Assembly (NCBI GenBank): GCA_964016885.1
Contig: OZ024748.1
Coordinates: forward strand, 47,244,001 to 47,308,000
DNA: 64,000 nucleotides
Direction of reading: 5' to 3'
Origin: Eledone cirrhosa
Taxonomy: Eukaryota
A program made the translations under genes and the position numbers. Of this stretch, positions 43,138 through 58,597 are shown in pieces. Every line of letters begins with the position of its first letter. Positions within the stretch are counted from its first letter, which is position 1. Below the pieces are notes generated by a model. It was not told the origin of the DNA and did no database searches. It saw only the letters and a list, made by a program, of their open reading frames with translations.

Positions 43138-44214
43138 AAATAGATATTTATTTTACCCCCTAAAAAGGGGGTAAATGCAAAAATGTTTCCCTAAATAACA
43201 GGGGTTAGTGTTCCAAATGTGTTGCACTAAAAAATTTATCCGGTACTTACAATAGTAAGGGTAAATCCCGATGGAATAGCGGAGCCGATGCGAAGCGTGT
43301 CTTACTCTATCAAGATAGAGAGATAGATAGATAGATAGATAGATAGATATTTCCTCTACATATTTTATCGTTAATCATAAATATTAATCCGCCATTTCTA
43401 TTTAATCAACAATACTTCTTATTTCTTTTGTTTGTTATATCTGTGTCGTCTGTGTGTGTTAATCGGATGTTTCTCTGTTCGATACAGCTTCGATTTCAAA
43501 TGGAATTTAATTTACTACAGAATAAGGTCAATAATTATTCAGAATAAAGTGTCAAACCATTCAGAGAAATTCGCTGTTCTTTGTTCAGCATTACTATGTT
43601 GGGAAAGCCAACAAAACTACTTTTGGCAAATTATCTCGTCTAATCACATCTGAATTCTCGCTAACACACATGAAGATACATGTAGACATATTCACGTTTA
43701 TATACATGCTCACATGCACACACAAACATACATGTACACTCTCACTGCTACACATAAATAAATATGAACATTCACGCATAGAAATATACGTTCACTCACA
43801 TACACACATGAATATGCCAACGCACATGCAAGCACACACACACACTCGCACAGATCTATACACAAGTAGAAATGCACATACACCCATACAAATACACGTT
43901 CACTCATATACACACATGCATATATGTACGCACATGAAAGTACACACATACACTCACACACATCTAGACACAAATAAAGATACACATGCACACACGAACG
44001 CATATGCACGCACACATATACAGACATACACTCAAACATTTACACACAACAATAAATGTACTTACACACACACGCGCATACAATTACACGTTCACTCACA
44101 TAAGCACATTTTTGCACGCACACTCGAACGCACATGCATATGCACATGCGCAGGCATATATCCACACACACACATACCGACAATAACACACACACACAAA
44201 GACACACACAGATG

Positions 44215-44525
44215 ATCCCCTACCCCTGTCTTCACCAGAATCAGCTGACATAATAAACACACACATACAAACAAGGGCACATACACAAGGACACACACAG
44301 ACGCGTCTCCCCGCCCCCCTCCTTCCTCCGTCTTCCCCAGAAGCAGCCGACATGTCAAACACATACATACCGACAAACACACACACACACAGGACACATA
44401 GACAAAGACACCTCCGTCTTCACCAAGAAGCAGCCGACATAACAAACACACACATATAAACAAGGACACACATACAGATAAGCTCTCCCCGCTCTGTCTT
44501 CACCAGAAGCAGCCGACATGTCCAG
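44215..44525. repeat. Degenerate tandem repeat, 4 copies of gtcttcaccagaagcagccgacat with CA-rich spacers
   Basis: Direct inspection. Confidence 0.75.
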
Positions 44526-45498
44526 TATCTGAAGATGAAAACTCGGTTAATAAATCTGAACGGCCATCTTTTAATCAATCAATCAAACAAGCTAAAAAAA
44601 CAATCAAAAGTATTAAAATCAGTGTTGATTGGATCGCTTCCATGTTTTCTTGTTATTGATTTTAGTTCTTGTTTTATCTGTTATTGTTTCTGTTGCAGAG
44701 TATGTGGGGGGGGTGGAGGGGGATTGGCGGAGGTTCTTGGACATCGGAGTAAAATTGACACTGTGTATTTATTTACTCTCTGTGTTCAAATCCCGTCAAG
44801 GGCGTTTTGGGGCTTTTTATCCTTTCGAGGTCGATAAATAAAGTACCATTCCTGTACAAAGTTTGTTTATTGCCTGTTACTCTCTCTCTCTTCTCTCTCT
44901 CTTTCCTCTCGCTTTCTTTCTCTCTCTATATGTCTCTCTCTCTCTCTTTCTCTCGAAGAAATCGTTTGTATTCCACCAGCTATGAAATGCCCCTCACCTG
45001 CCGTATATCACCACGTCACCCATGGAATTTCATCAAATGTTAAGGGCCATTTACTTTCCCTTTAAAATTTCTGGTTGTTTTGGTTTGCATTTGGTTTTCA
45101 TTATATGATTGTGCTCGAGGTCAACTTTGCCATTCATCCTTACGGCGTCGATAAAATAAAGTACCAGTAATGCACTGGGTAATTGCTGTCCTTGTGCCAA
45201 AAGTAGAAACAATTATATGATTGTGCTCGTAATTTTTGGTACTATATACTATATAAGGTAATATATACTCGGTACTATATAACACATATATGTAGTATGT
45301 AGTATATATAGGTGCTATATCCACGGTACTATATATCATATATATGTACTATGTAGTATATAAGGTGCTATACACTAGGCACTATATACCATATATATTT
45401 ACTATGTAGATGCATTGTGTGTACCATGTACACACAATGCACGATGTGCTTTGGTTGCCTGCGTTAATTATACATAATATATAAAACTTCATTTTCAA

Positions 45499-46305
45499 TA
45501 CACGAGGGTCGGCTGAGAGGTTCATAGGGTAACCATGAAAGAGAGATGTTAGAGCTGTGAAATGTTTCATGTATCAATTTCAACTCCTTTTAATAATAAC
45601 TGCTTTGTTTCTTTCCAGGGTCTATGTTGAAAAATAAACCTCATTTGGTCATTCCTTGAGAGTCTCTTGGTCAGTCTATGAAGGAATGATGCTAGAGCTG
45701 TGCAATCATGCATTCATGAATTTCAACTCTTCTTAATAATAACTGCTTTGTTTCTTTCCAGGGTCTATGTTGGAAAATAAACCTCATTTGTTCATTCCAT
45801 GAGAGTATCTTGGTCAGTCTATGAAGGAATGATAATAGGTCTGTGAAATCTTGCATGCATTAATTTCAACTCTTCTTATTAATTGTTTCTACTTTTGGCA
45901 CAAGGCCAGCAATTAACCAGTACATTACTGGTACTTTATTTTATCGACCCTGTATGGATGAAAGGCAAAGTTAACCTCGCCGGGATTTGAACTCAGTCCG
46001 TAAAAGGATGCAACTCTATGCTGGAAAGCATGGCGTCCGACTCTCTACCGATACTGCCAAGCAATGTTTCTTTCCAGGGACTATATTGAAAAATAAACCT
46101 CATTTCTTCATTCCTTGAAAGTATCTCAGCCAGTCTATGAAGGAGTGATGCTAGAGCTGTGCAATCATACATGCATGAATTTCAACTCTTCTTAATAATA
46201 ACTGCATTGTTTCTTTCCAGGGTCTATGTTGGAAAATAAACCTCATTTGATCATTCCATGAGAGTATCTTGGTCAGCCTATGAACACTTAAGTTGACCCT
46301 CCTGT
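45499..46305. mobile_element. Mariner-like MITE with internal ~140 bp tandem repeats and an embedded SINE
   Basis: TIR-like ends cacgagggtcggctgagaggttcatagggtaacca and tggtcagcctatgaacacttaagttgaccctcctg. A partial relative at 8634-9230 ends cttttcagccgaccctcggtg. Confidence 0.72.
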
Positions 46306-47281
46306 GTCGGTTTCTTTAAATGTAAATAATTTCTGATGGCTTTTCTGTTGCTTTTTCTTGTGGATTGGCAGTATCGGTAGAGGGTCGGACACCATGCTTT
46401 CCAGCATAGTTACGTCCCTTTACGATCTGAGTTCAAATCCCGCCGAGGTTGACTTTGCCTTTCATCCTTACGGGGTCGATAAAATAAAGTACCAGTAATG
46501 AACTGGCTAATTGCTGGCCTTGTGCATAAAGTAGAAACAATTATTTTTTTTTTACTGAGGATTGGCAAATTCGGAAGAGCATCGAACAACATTCTTAGTG
46601 GCATAGAGTCTTGGCCCTTATGTTCTGAGTTCAAATCCCGCCGATGTTAAATTTACTTTTCATCCTTACGGGTCGATAAAATAAAGTACCAGTAATGCAC
46701 TGGTCTCGATTTAATCGATATTCACCTCCACCAAAAATTGCTGTCCTTGTGCCTATAGTAGAAATCCTTATTTTTTTTTTCCAGTTTTTATTAGTTTTGA
46801 TGTACCAAGCATATCAAATGTACAATGCAGATGGGATATACCATGATTGCGTTCATTAGCATCAAATATACATCAAACATCACTTTTGATACATCTCGAT
46901 AATTCTTGGACGAGAACATAATGTCAATTCTTTATTTAGTTCGCTGCTGAAATTTCGCCAAAGAAATGGTTTTGGTAATATCAACCAGGTAGCATATATT
47001 TACGAGGTACTCTGGTTTCGCCGACATTAACTTCTAAACATCAAATGTTCATTTTTAATATATCTTCGTAATTATTGGATGGAAGCTGATGTCCTTTCTT
47101 TGTGCTGATCGTTTGCTGCTGAAATTTCGCCAAAGAAATGGTAAAAGTTCCAGAAAAATGTCTTTATGTCTTTTCTTCATGTTTTATAGAATGTTTCATG
47201 AATGACCAGTAATTGCTTTTAATCTTTTTTCTTCTCGAACAATGGCATATTCTTCCTGGTTTTCCGTCCATTTTGTTTCGT

Positions 47282-47312
<31 letters not shown>

Positions 47313-47439
47313 AACTCTCTCCCTCACTACTCTTTCTCTCTCTCTCACTACTCTTTCTCTCTCTGGGCATATACGCATATATATATATAGAGAGAGATAG
47401 ATATATAGATAGAGATATTGTGTGTCTGTGTCTCTGTGA

Positions 47440-47470
<31 letters not shown>

Positions 47471-47529
47471 CGTCTGTGTGTGTGTGTGCGCGTGTGTATG
47501 TGTGTGTGTATGTGTGTGTGTATGTGTGA

Positions 47530-47599
<70 letters not shown>

Positions 47600-47837
47600 C
47601 TCACACACATACACGCTCTCTCGCTCTAATCGAACAAGTTGTCTTGATTAGAAATACAATCGATTTCGATCAAGCTTACAATATTTTCCATTAAGACATA
47701 TTGCCATCATAACATATACATGTAGATGTGTGGGCGTTCATTCATTTCCTCTCAGTTATTAAGTACAAAAGTAACATCGAACAGGAAAGTTAAATACCAT
47801 TGATTGCAAAGTATTTAATTAAAGCTCCAATATCGTG

Positions 47838-48600
47838 GGTGGTGTTTGTGGCGGTGTTGGTGGCAGTGGTAGTGGTGTTGGTGTTGGTGGTAGTGGTAGT
47901 GGTGTTGGTGGTAGTGGTGTTGGTGTTGGTGGTAGTGGTAGTGGTGTTGGTGGTAGTGGTAGTGGTGTTGGTGGTAGTGGTAATGGTGTTGGTGGTAGTG
48001 GTAGTGGTGTTGGTGGTAGTGGTAATGGTGTTGGTGGTAGTGGTAGTGGTGTTGGTGTTGGTGGTAGTGGTAGTGGTGTTGGTGATAGTGGTAGTGGTGT
48101 TGGTGGTAGTAGTAATGGTGTTGGTGGTAGTGGTAATGGTGTTGGTGGTAGTGGTAGTGGTAGTGGTGTTGGTGGTAGTGGTAGTGGTGTTGGTGATAGT
48201 GGTAGTGGTGTTGGTGGTAGTAGTAATGGTGTTGGTGATAGTGGTAATGGTGTTGGTGGTAGTGGTAGTGGTGTTGGTGGTAGTGGTAGTGGTGTTGGTG
48301 GTAGTGGTAGTGGTGTTGGTGGTAGTGGTAGTGGTGTTGGTGGCAGTGGTAGTAGTGTTGGTGGTAGTGGTGTTGGTGGTAGTGGTAGTGGTATGGTGTT
48401 GGTGGTAGTGGTAGTGGTGTTGGTGGTAGTGTTAGTGGTGTTGGTGGCAGTGGTAGTGGTGTTGGTCGTAGTGGTAGTGGTGTTGGTGGTAGTGGTAGTG
48501 GTGTTGGTGGTAGTGGTAGTGGTGTTGGTGGTAGTGGTAGTGGTGTTGGTGGTAGTGGTATTGGTGTTGGTGGTAGTGGTAATGATGATGGTGGTAGTGG
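47838..48600. repeat. 21-bp GGTGGTAGTGGTAGTGGTGTT tandem repeat
   Basis: Direct inspection. Confidence 0.93.
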
Positions 48601-48914
48601 CATTGTGTTGGTAATGGCGAAAATTTTAATTTTAATTATCTGTAATTCGCTATACCGTTCCCTCATAGAATGATTTTTTGTATAGAGCGAAAACCAGATA
48701 TTTTGGTATAATAGAATAGAGATATAACTTAAATCCACCCCAGTATTTGACTGGTACTTTATTTTAACTAGAATTCGTTTTAACACGATGAGGTATATGT
48801 GTATATGTGTTTGCGTGTATGTATGTGCATATTCATACATTTGCGTGTATGACTATATAAATATAATCATGCAAGCACACACACACTTAAAAATTTACAA
48901 AGTCACAGACATGC

Positions 48915-48988
<74 letters not shown>

Positions 48989-49443
48989 TCTGTGATGGAA
49001 CTCGATAAAATTTATATAAAGCTGAATCCGAAAAAAATAAACCGGCAACGAACGTTATTCTCGATGAGATTTAAACTCAGAACATAACGAGAGTGAAGAA
49101 ATACCGCAAAGCGTAATATACGACGCTTTAACAAATCTGCCAAATCACGGCTCTAGGAAATATCTGTGATCGATAAACAGCTTTATATTAAAATCGGTAA
49201 TCAATTGTAGCATCATCTGCTTATTAAGTCATATCTTTGATTATTAAGGGTTCATATCCCATATTTGCATAATTCTGTTATGGAACACACTATTTTATAG
49301 AGAATAGACTTCGTTGTATCAAATTAAACAAAAGGGAAGATGAAATATTTTAATAGATTTAATTGTATTGATATATACAGTACAAAATATACACATATTT
49401 ACATTAGCAGAAAACTGCCCTGGTGGTGATATTTTTGCTAGTG

Positions 49444-49493
<50 letters not shown>

Positions 49494-49575
49494 AAAGTTC
49501 TATTTAAATTGTTGGGATACAACAAGTAAATATTTTTATAACTGATATAAAGCACTCGACAAGTATTTGGAGTAG

Positions 49576-49854
49576 ATATACGAAATTAATAAATGGAAAC
49601 TATATTTATAAAACCATATCTATTTCATTATACATATTTCAGGGATACGAAATTAAATTATGGTATGCCTTCATCAGAATGGCCTCCAAAAATAATGGTC
49701 GCATTTTAAAAGGGTACGTCAAAGCTTATTTGTAAAACTGTTATATATTGTATTTTGTCTGATGAAGGCATACCATAATTTAATTTGGTATCCCTGAAAT
49801 ATGTATAATGAAATAGATATGGTTTTATAAATATAGTTTCCATTTATTAATATC

Positions 49855-49858
<4 letters not shown>
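49576..49858. mobile_element. Foldback element with a hammerhead on each arm
   Basis: 49576-49678 is inverted relative to 49758-49858. The same family occurs at 18770-18890 and 63905-64000. Confidence 0.8.
49751..49814 (+). ncRNA. Type I hammerhead ribozyme (mirror copy at 49621-49680 -)
   Basis: tattttgt CTGATGA aggcatacc-loop-ggtatccct GAAA tatgtA TA atgaaata. Confidence 0.82.
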
Positions 49859-49895
<37 letters not shown>

Positions 49896-50095
49896 CCTAT
49901 TTATTTAGATTTGTTGGTTCACCACTGGATAGAACTGGTCATTCCGTATAGTCAACCTCGATGTAATATTAGGGAGAGCACTCGACGTAATGCAACTCAC
50001 CCGTCTTCGTTTGTGTTGTTGGTTGTGCGAAGACGGAGTTAATTATTATAAAATAACAGGAGGCTGGACAGGTGTAATTCCTTAAAAGGTTTATT

Positions 50096-50154
50096 ATACT
50101 ATGAATATTTCAATGACCGGGTTCAGTATGAATCCGGTGATATCATCAGGTATT
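50096..50154 (-). ncRNA. Type I hammerhead motif
   Basis: atac CTGATGA tatcaccggattca tac tgaacccggtcatt GAAA tattcA TA gtat. Confidence 0.65.
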
Positions 50155-50248
50155 CGAAATTTAACAAAGGAATATAATCCACGGGGCTGAAAGGCAGAGA
50201 CAAGAAGGCGGCCATACATTTAGCAGTTTTTAGTCAGGAAGGCCGCCT

Positions 50249-50295
<47 letters not shown>

Positions 50296-50692
50296 GGAGG
50301 TGAGTTTTATTGTAGTACAATAAAGCAATGCAGATATCGGATAAGAAGCACTCTACAGTTTGTAGGACTGGAGTATGCATAATATAAGATCAAAAGATGG
50401 TTAAAGGAGTTCCATGTATTTTATTATGCGCATTTCAAAAACAAACATCATCATGCAATAATATTTGTGTTTTCATCAGATAAAACAGGAGAACATGATA
50501 TGAAGGCTAAAAAACACTTGTGGATAGTGGATATGTAGATTTAAAACTGCACTATCCACAAGTGTTTTTTAGCCTTCATATCATGTTCTCCTGTTTTATC
50601 TGATGAAAACACAAATATTATTGCATGATGATGTTTGTTTTTGAAATGCGCATAATAAAATACATGGAACTCCTTTAACCATCTTTTGATCT

Positions 50693-50725
<33 letters not shown>

Positions 50726-50822
50726 CTCCTGTATATTTATATATACATATCTGATAGAATAATATAAATGTCTATGATGAGTTTTGGATTTATGGTTCAG
50801 GAAAATGATACACACACACCAC

Positions 50823-50881
<59 letters not shown>

Positions 50882-50883
<2 letters not shown>

Positions 50884-51086
50884 GGAACCAGTAAGACCCC
50901 GACAGCTGAGCTCAAGCCGTTTCGACGGCTAATTCTGGACAGAATTCTGCGTCCAGAATTAGCCGTCGAAACGGCTTGAGCTCAGCTGTCGGGGTCTTAC
51001 TGGTTCCTATTACCCACTCTACTACCTCAAGTATTGAGTACTTTGGTGCGTTATGGTCCACCTGGTTCCTTACCACATTTCCTTCG

Positions 51087-51089
<3 letters not shown>
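50882..51089 (+). mobile_element. Major-family foldback fragment in (TA)n
   Basis: Junction gacggctaattctggacagaattctgcgtccagaattagccgtc. Confidence 0.82.
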
Positions 51090-51129
<40 letters not shown>

Positions 51130-51130
<1 letters not shown>

Positions 51131-51946
51131 TTATTTTGTTTTGACCAGTTTAGCTTGATTTGCTTTTTCGCTTAGGTGGTTGACGCTTTCGTGACCACTA
51201 TTTCAGTTTTGTATGGCCTCTTAACATATTGTTTAGCTCTGGTTTTTTAAATATCGAACGCTTGCCAGTCTGATATCTGATTTTTGCGTTTCTTTTCACC
51301 ATTTCTACCGCCGAAATACGATTCTCGCGGAATCTATATTTGTATTAATCTCCCGTGTCTGACAATTAACTTGTTAATAATTTTTATTGGCAGGTTAATT
51401 GTATAAGTTTATTTTAAAACCCACCCGGTCGAGAGCTTATTCAATTTGTGTTTTTATGCAACTTTTGCATGGTATACACATACTCAATTCATTTGCCAAA
51501 ATCTGGGGTTTTTCCCCTTGTGAATTCCACATGTGCTATTACGTGCCTCTGTGCCATTCACTAATTCGGTACAGAGCAAAATACCTGTTGATAACGTGAT
51601 TTCCTTGTTCGATCATTATACCCAAAGCTTATATTTTTAAGCAGACAGTATTTTGATTTAGGTGTCATAGAAACCCTGCATTTGGATTTTAACATCAATT
51701 CCAACGGGTCCAGGTCTGCATTTTTTATCATTTATTTTGTTTTGACCTGTTTAGCTTGATTTGCTTTTTGGCTTAGGTGGTTGATGCTTTCTTGACCACT
51801 ATTTCAGTTTTGTATGGCATCTTAACATATTGTTTTGCTCTGGCTTTTTAACTATTGAGCGTTTGCCAGCATTATTTCTGATTTTTGCGTTTCGTTTCGC
51901 CATTTCTACCCGCCGAAATTCGATTCTCGCTGAATCTATATTTGTA
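51130..51946. repeat. ~215 bp direct repeats (51130-51345, 51731-51946) with a ~385 bp spacer
   Basis: Diverged direct copies, with the whole unit bounded by (TA)n. A fragment also occurs at 2890-2955. Confidence 0.8.
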
Positions 51947-52002
51947 TATATATAAATCCATATATATATTCACATAAATATATTTATATAAAACATATAT
52001 AT

Positions 52003-52077
<75 letters not shown>

Positions 52078-52419
52078 TATACTTAGATATAAAAAATATA
52101 TATATGATTGTCTATAAACATATATATATACGATATATATCTTTCAAAGTATAGTGACTTTGTGTAGGAATTTCCGTTAACATAATGAAGGATTTAGAAA
52201 ATACATTGTGGAACCATAGTGAGTGCTCAATATCTAGCAATGACTGTGCAGTTAATTTAGGTTGTTTTATTGCCACATTAAGGAGTATTATATTGTGACA
52301 TCCAGCTGGGTAGACAATGTCCATCATTACGCTATAGAATATCTTATGTATTGAATAGTGACTGCTGGAGACTGAGGTGATAACTTCCTGGTTTCAATTG
52401 CTATAAATATATATTCAGT

Positions 52420-52483
<64 letters not shown>

Positions 52484-52768
52484 ACTGAACAGATGTGCAA
52501 CGAAAGATTTATGTAAATTATGTAAACTATATATATGTGTTTGTGTCTATATTGTATCTGTATTATTTTTGACCGTCGGTCAGTCAATGGCAACATTGAG
52601 GACCGAGTAAGTTAGATCGCAGATATAAAAGACAGCGAGAAGCGAAAACTAACCAAACAGTGAGTGTGTTCTGTTATTAATTCTGGCAATATTACGCAAA
52701 TATGACCCTCCCCAAGTATAACAATATCTGTTTCTACACACGATTTCATATAAAAAACCTCGCTAAAC

Positions 52769-52799
<31 letters not shown>

Positions 52800-52834
52800 T
52801 ATATATATTTAATGTATAATAAACAATACAATAT

Positions 52835-52912
52835 AATTACCTCATTACCAAAGGTTTCCCGATTAAGACGAATAGAAGAAACGTCCGCATTCGTTCGTCA
52901 GACAAGGCAATT
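52835..52912 (-). ncRNA. Hammerhead-like motif with extra nucleotides before GAAA
   Basis: aattgccttgt CTGACGA acgaat..attcgt cttaatcgg GAAA cc ttt gG TA atgaggtaatt, with an 11-bp stem I. Confidence 0.62.
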
Positions 52913-54825
52913 TAAAACATAGTGAAATATTAGAAAAATCTCCTCAAGAAAGGCTAAAAGTTTAACGGGCAAAAAATAAATAAAAGTAATAATTGTTTCT
53001 ACTTTGGCACAAGGCCAGCAATTACCCAGTAGATTACTGGTACTTTATTTTATCGACCCCGTAAGGATGAAAGGCAAAGTAAACCTCGGCGGGATATAAA
53101 AGTAATAATGCAAGAAATGTATAAAAAATAAAAATAAAGAAATATAGTAAGGGGATGCGTGTAAATATGTGTATATGCACATACATATGTACATATGTAC
53201 ATGTGTGTGTATGTACAACTGCATGTGCATAGTGAAAAAATGTGTGCGTAAGTACATACATGAGGGCAAACATATTAGTGTATGTGTGACCACAAATACA
53301 AATATATATATAATGTTAAAAATAGAAATTGTAAGATAATGGAGTTAGCATACATACAGACTTAGGGACTAAGGGGCGAAATATATACACATACAACGAT
53401 GAAATGACGCACGCATATAAACATACACACACGCACAAACACATATTGACAATTACAAATTATGACAATTTAATTAATAAGAAAAATGAGTTATTTACCA
53501 GCTGTCAACATAAGTCTTGTAGGGCTTTCCAAGCATTATACAAATTTCGATAAAAATTGACTATTAATAATTTTTAAAAAATTAGATATATAGCTTTTTG
53601 CCTTACCGAAATTTTTTTTTTTTTTTCGTCGTTTTTATCTAGTAAATCAATCTCAGTATGAGTCTCAGAATCCTTTGTTTGGATTTAGAAAGGTCATTGT
53701 TTAACTAGACATTTCTTGATTTGTGGTTTGAAATATCTTCTTGTTTCAAAGTACTTAAATGTTTTAAATGTTCACATATGATGAACGAGTTATCCTCCTC
53801 TGTTTACATTCTTCGTAAATAATTTTGTTCTGTCTGAATAGCTTGCTAAATTATATTTAACTTGAATTATGCAGTTTAATAATATATGAAAATCCTTAAA
53901 GGGAAACTATATATAATTGTTTCTACTTTAGGCACAAGGCCAGCAATTACCAGTGCATTACTGGTACTTTATTTTATCGACCCCGTAAGGATGAAAGACA
54001 AAGTCAACCTCAGAAACTATATATAATAATAAGTAATTACTGAAGTAAATATGAAATAATAAAACTTTTGAGAGTAAATATTACTGCAACTTAATCCTGT
54101 AATTAAATGACAATCAATGATTTTATAAAGAAAATAGAATAACTCAGATAATAAATGATCTTAATATAAAAAATATATATATATATACTGATGGTGATAT
54201 ATGCATGTGTTTTAATAAATAGCCTAATACACTTAATAATTATTTAAATATGCTTTAAAGATAAACATGTTTTTAAAAGTTGTAACAAAGTATTGGTGAA
54301 TATATTACTTATCTAAACTATGTGTCTGACGGCTATAGAAAATAATTTTATTTGTTTAATTTTGATATAATATATAAGTATTATATAATTAGCTTAAACA
54401 TAACCAAATACAAAAGATATTAAAAATTTCATGTTATTTAATTGGTTGCCTCAATTTGACTTAATATTTGAAAACAACGGTCTATCTACCTAGCCCCCTC
54501 GTTTCTTTCTGTTTTTGTCGTTATTTCTTCTTTCTTCTTCTCTCTTTCTTCCTTTTTTTGTCTTTTTATATATTTCTTCCCAAATACATCTATTTACCCA
54601 TTTAAATATTTATGTATGTATTTCTTTATTTTATTTTTTTCTTGCATCTCTTCATATTCACCCCCTCCTTATATCCCTATCTCGCTCCATATCCTCTTCT
54701 TTTTTAAATTTAAGTTTATCACGTTATTATTTGTGGTATATAAATGTTGAGATTTGTTGTAAGAAATCACTGCCAATATTGGAATTGAACTATCACGACC
54801 GTTGAGGTATGTCATACATCAATTC

Positions 54826-54895
54826 ATGTATTTTATCTGACGAGGACGTACTGAAAACACAACACAGTACCTTCGAAATATATATAATAAAACAT
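54826..54895 (+). ncRNA. Type I hammerhead ribozyme
   Basis: atgtattttat CTGACGA ggacgtactg-loop-cagtaccttc GAAA tatatA TA ataaaacat. Confidence 0.82.
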
Positions 54896-54941
54896 ATATT
54901 TTGATTATGTGAATGTCTTCTTTTATTAATATTCTGAATAA

Positions 54942-54988
<47 letters not shown>

Positions 54989-55175
54989 CTGTAAATTTAT
55001 GTGTGTGTGTGTGTATGTGTGTGTCTTTGCTTGTGTGTATGTGTATAGATACGTACATATATGCATACATGCTTACATACATATTATATTATCAATACTT
55101 ACATACACCCACACATATACAAACACAAACCCACACACAGACATCACCCCCCACCCCACCCACACACACACACAT

Positions 55176-56180
<1,005 letters not shown>

Positions 56181-56849
56181 ATGTGTGTGATATTTATGTG
56201 TGAAGGATAAAAGATTATCTGGTTTAATCGTTGCACATTTTAGAAGTGTGTACGTGTGTATATTTGTATATGTGTATATGTTTGTATATATGTGTATATG
56301 TGTGTGAGTGTACTATACTATACTGTACTATACTACACTATACTATACTATACTACACTATAGTATACTATACTGTACTATATTATACTGTACTTTATTA
56401 TACTGTACTATACTATACTATAATATACTATACTATACTGTACTGTTATATGTGTATATTTGCATATGTGTGTATGTGTGTATGTGTCTATATGTGTGTA
56501 TGTGTCTATATGTGTGTATGTGTCTATATGTATATGTGTGTGTATGTGTGTATGTGTATATGTGTGTATATGTGTGTATGTGTATATGTGTATATGTATA
56601 TATGTGTATATGTATATGTATATATGTGTATATGTATATATGTGTATATGTGTGTATGTGTATATGTGTGTATGTGTATATGTGTATATGTATATATGTA
56701 TGTAAGTGTGTATGTGTATATGTGTATAGGTATATATGTGTATATGTTTATATATGTTTATATGTGTATATGTGTGTATATGTATATATGTATATATGTG
56801 TGTATATGTGTATATGTATATATGTATATATGTGTATATGTATATATGT

Positions 56850-56931
<82 letters not shown>

Positions 56932-57312
56932 CGTTTCTGAATTTGTTTAGCAAGATTCTTTATCTGAAAACGTGTGTTGAAACCGATATTGTTATACTTT
57001 GGGAGGGTCATGTTGCTAATAAGAAACACACACACCAATTGCTTTCACTTCAATTTATTATAAATTAAATTCATAAATTTAGTAATTTATAAATTTCCGG
57101 TTGGCTGGCTGGTTCCACAACCAGACGATTGTTCATATATTGTCAAAGTTCTTTCGTCACACATTCTGTGACCTCCTCAGTGACTGGGGATTATTTTCTT
57201 TGTTTTTGTGTCTCTCCCTTACTCTGTCCCATGCCATCCTGTTCCTGTGTGTGCTGTGCGCCCAGCTTGCGCATGCGTCACATCCGGGTGTTTGTGTGTG
57301 TTTATATTTGTT

Positions 57313-57348
<36 letters not shown>

Positions 57349-57702
57349 ATCTTCCGTTTCAAATTTGGTTAATTTATGTCTAAAACTTTATAAAATTTAA
57401 ATATAATCTGAACTCCAATGACTCTTTTTACATGAACAAGAAAAGATGTAAAGAAATTTGGAGAAACGACTAATTGTAAGAATAAATCAATAAGTAGTGA
57501 TTGAACTGCAGATATTCGAACAGTTAGACATGAAACAATAACCATTTTTCAAAGTGTTGATTCTTTGAGAGCACAATAAATGGTTTCTACTTGATATATA
57601 AAGCAATGTAGAAAGTAATGAGGAATTTTATATTTGTCAAGAACTTTCGAAGTAGATGAAATATTTCGAAATAAGTACTTCGCTACTTGGGAGAGGAAGG
57701 GA

Positions 57703-57777
<75 letters not shown>

Positions 57778-58552
57778 TATGAGAGAGAGTGAGAGAAAGG
57801 GGGAGAGAGAGATAGAGTGGGTGAAAGACAGAGAGTGGTTATGAGAGAGGTTATGAGAGAGAGAGCGAGAGAAAAGCGGAGGGAGGGAGGTTAGGAAAGA
57901 GTTTGAGACTGACAGTGAGAGGGTATGAGAGAGTGAGAGACAGAGAGAGAAATATAAAGTGGGTGACAGACAGAGAGATGTTATGAAAGAGAGAGAGAGA
58001 AAGGGGGAGGGAGATACAGAGATAGAGTGGGTGAGAGACAGAAAGCCGGAGGGGGAGAGAGGTTATGAGAATGGGAGAGAAAGGCGGAGGGAGAGAGAGG
58101 TTATGAAAGAGTTTGAGACAGAGTGAGGGTATCGGAGAGTGAGAGAGAGATAAAGTGGGTATGGGAGAGTGAGAGAGAGAAAGAGGGTATGGGAGAGTGA
58201 GAGAGAGAGAGTATGAGAGACTGAGAGGGAAAGAGAGGGGATATGAGAAAGAGAGAGAGACAGAGAGAGGTATGAAGTAAAATGTTTAGATAATCTTATT
58301 TTCATGAAAGTCTTCTGCTGTTGTTCATGTAACTGTGTCTATATCTATCAATGTGTGTGTCAGTACTTGTAAGTATGTGTGTGTGTGTGTGTGTGTGTGT
58401 GCCTGTGTATGTGTATGTATATGTATATGTCTCTGAGTGTGTGTGTCTGTGTGTAGGTATGTGTATAGGTATATGTATATATCTCTGTGTCTCTGTGTGT
58501 CTGGGTGTGTGTGTATCTGTGTGTATGTATGTGTGTATGTCTGTGTGTCTGA

Positions 58553-58597
<45 letters not shown>

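Larger units (their letters stand above)
37608..43311 (-). mobile_element. Near full-length Tx1/L1-clade non-LTR retrotransposon inserted in a (GATA)n microsatellite
   Basis: GC-rich island with ORF1 (zinc knuckle) and ORF2 (APE endonuclease, RT, CCHC). Flanked by (GATA)n at 37503-37607 and 43314-43349. About 170 nt 5' UTR and 230 nt 3' UTR. Confidence 0.93.

Noticed and set aside
38087-43174. Antisense and alternative-frame ORFs over the LINE
   Set aside because: Shadow ORFs of GC-rich coding sequence.
47800-48840. Gly/Ser-rich or Pro-rich structural-protein-like ORFs
   Set aside because: A 21-bp tandem repeat open in several frames, with no signal peptide or splice support.
53600-53840. 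Possible minus-strand exon with splice-like ends
   Set aside because: Stop codons occur in all three frames.
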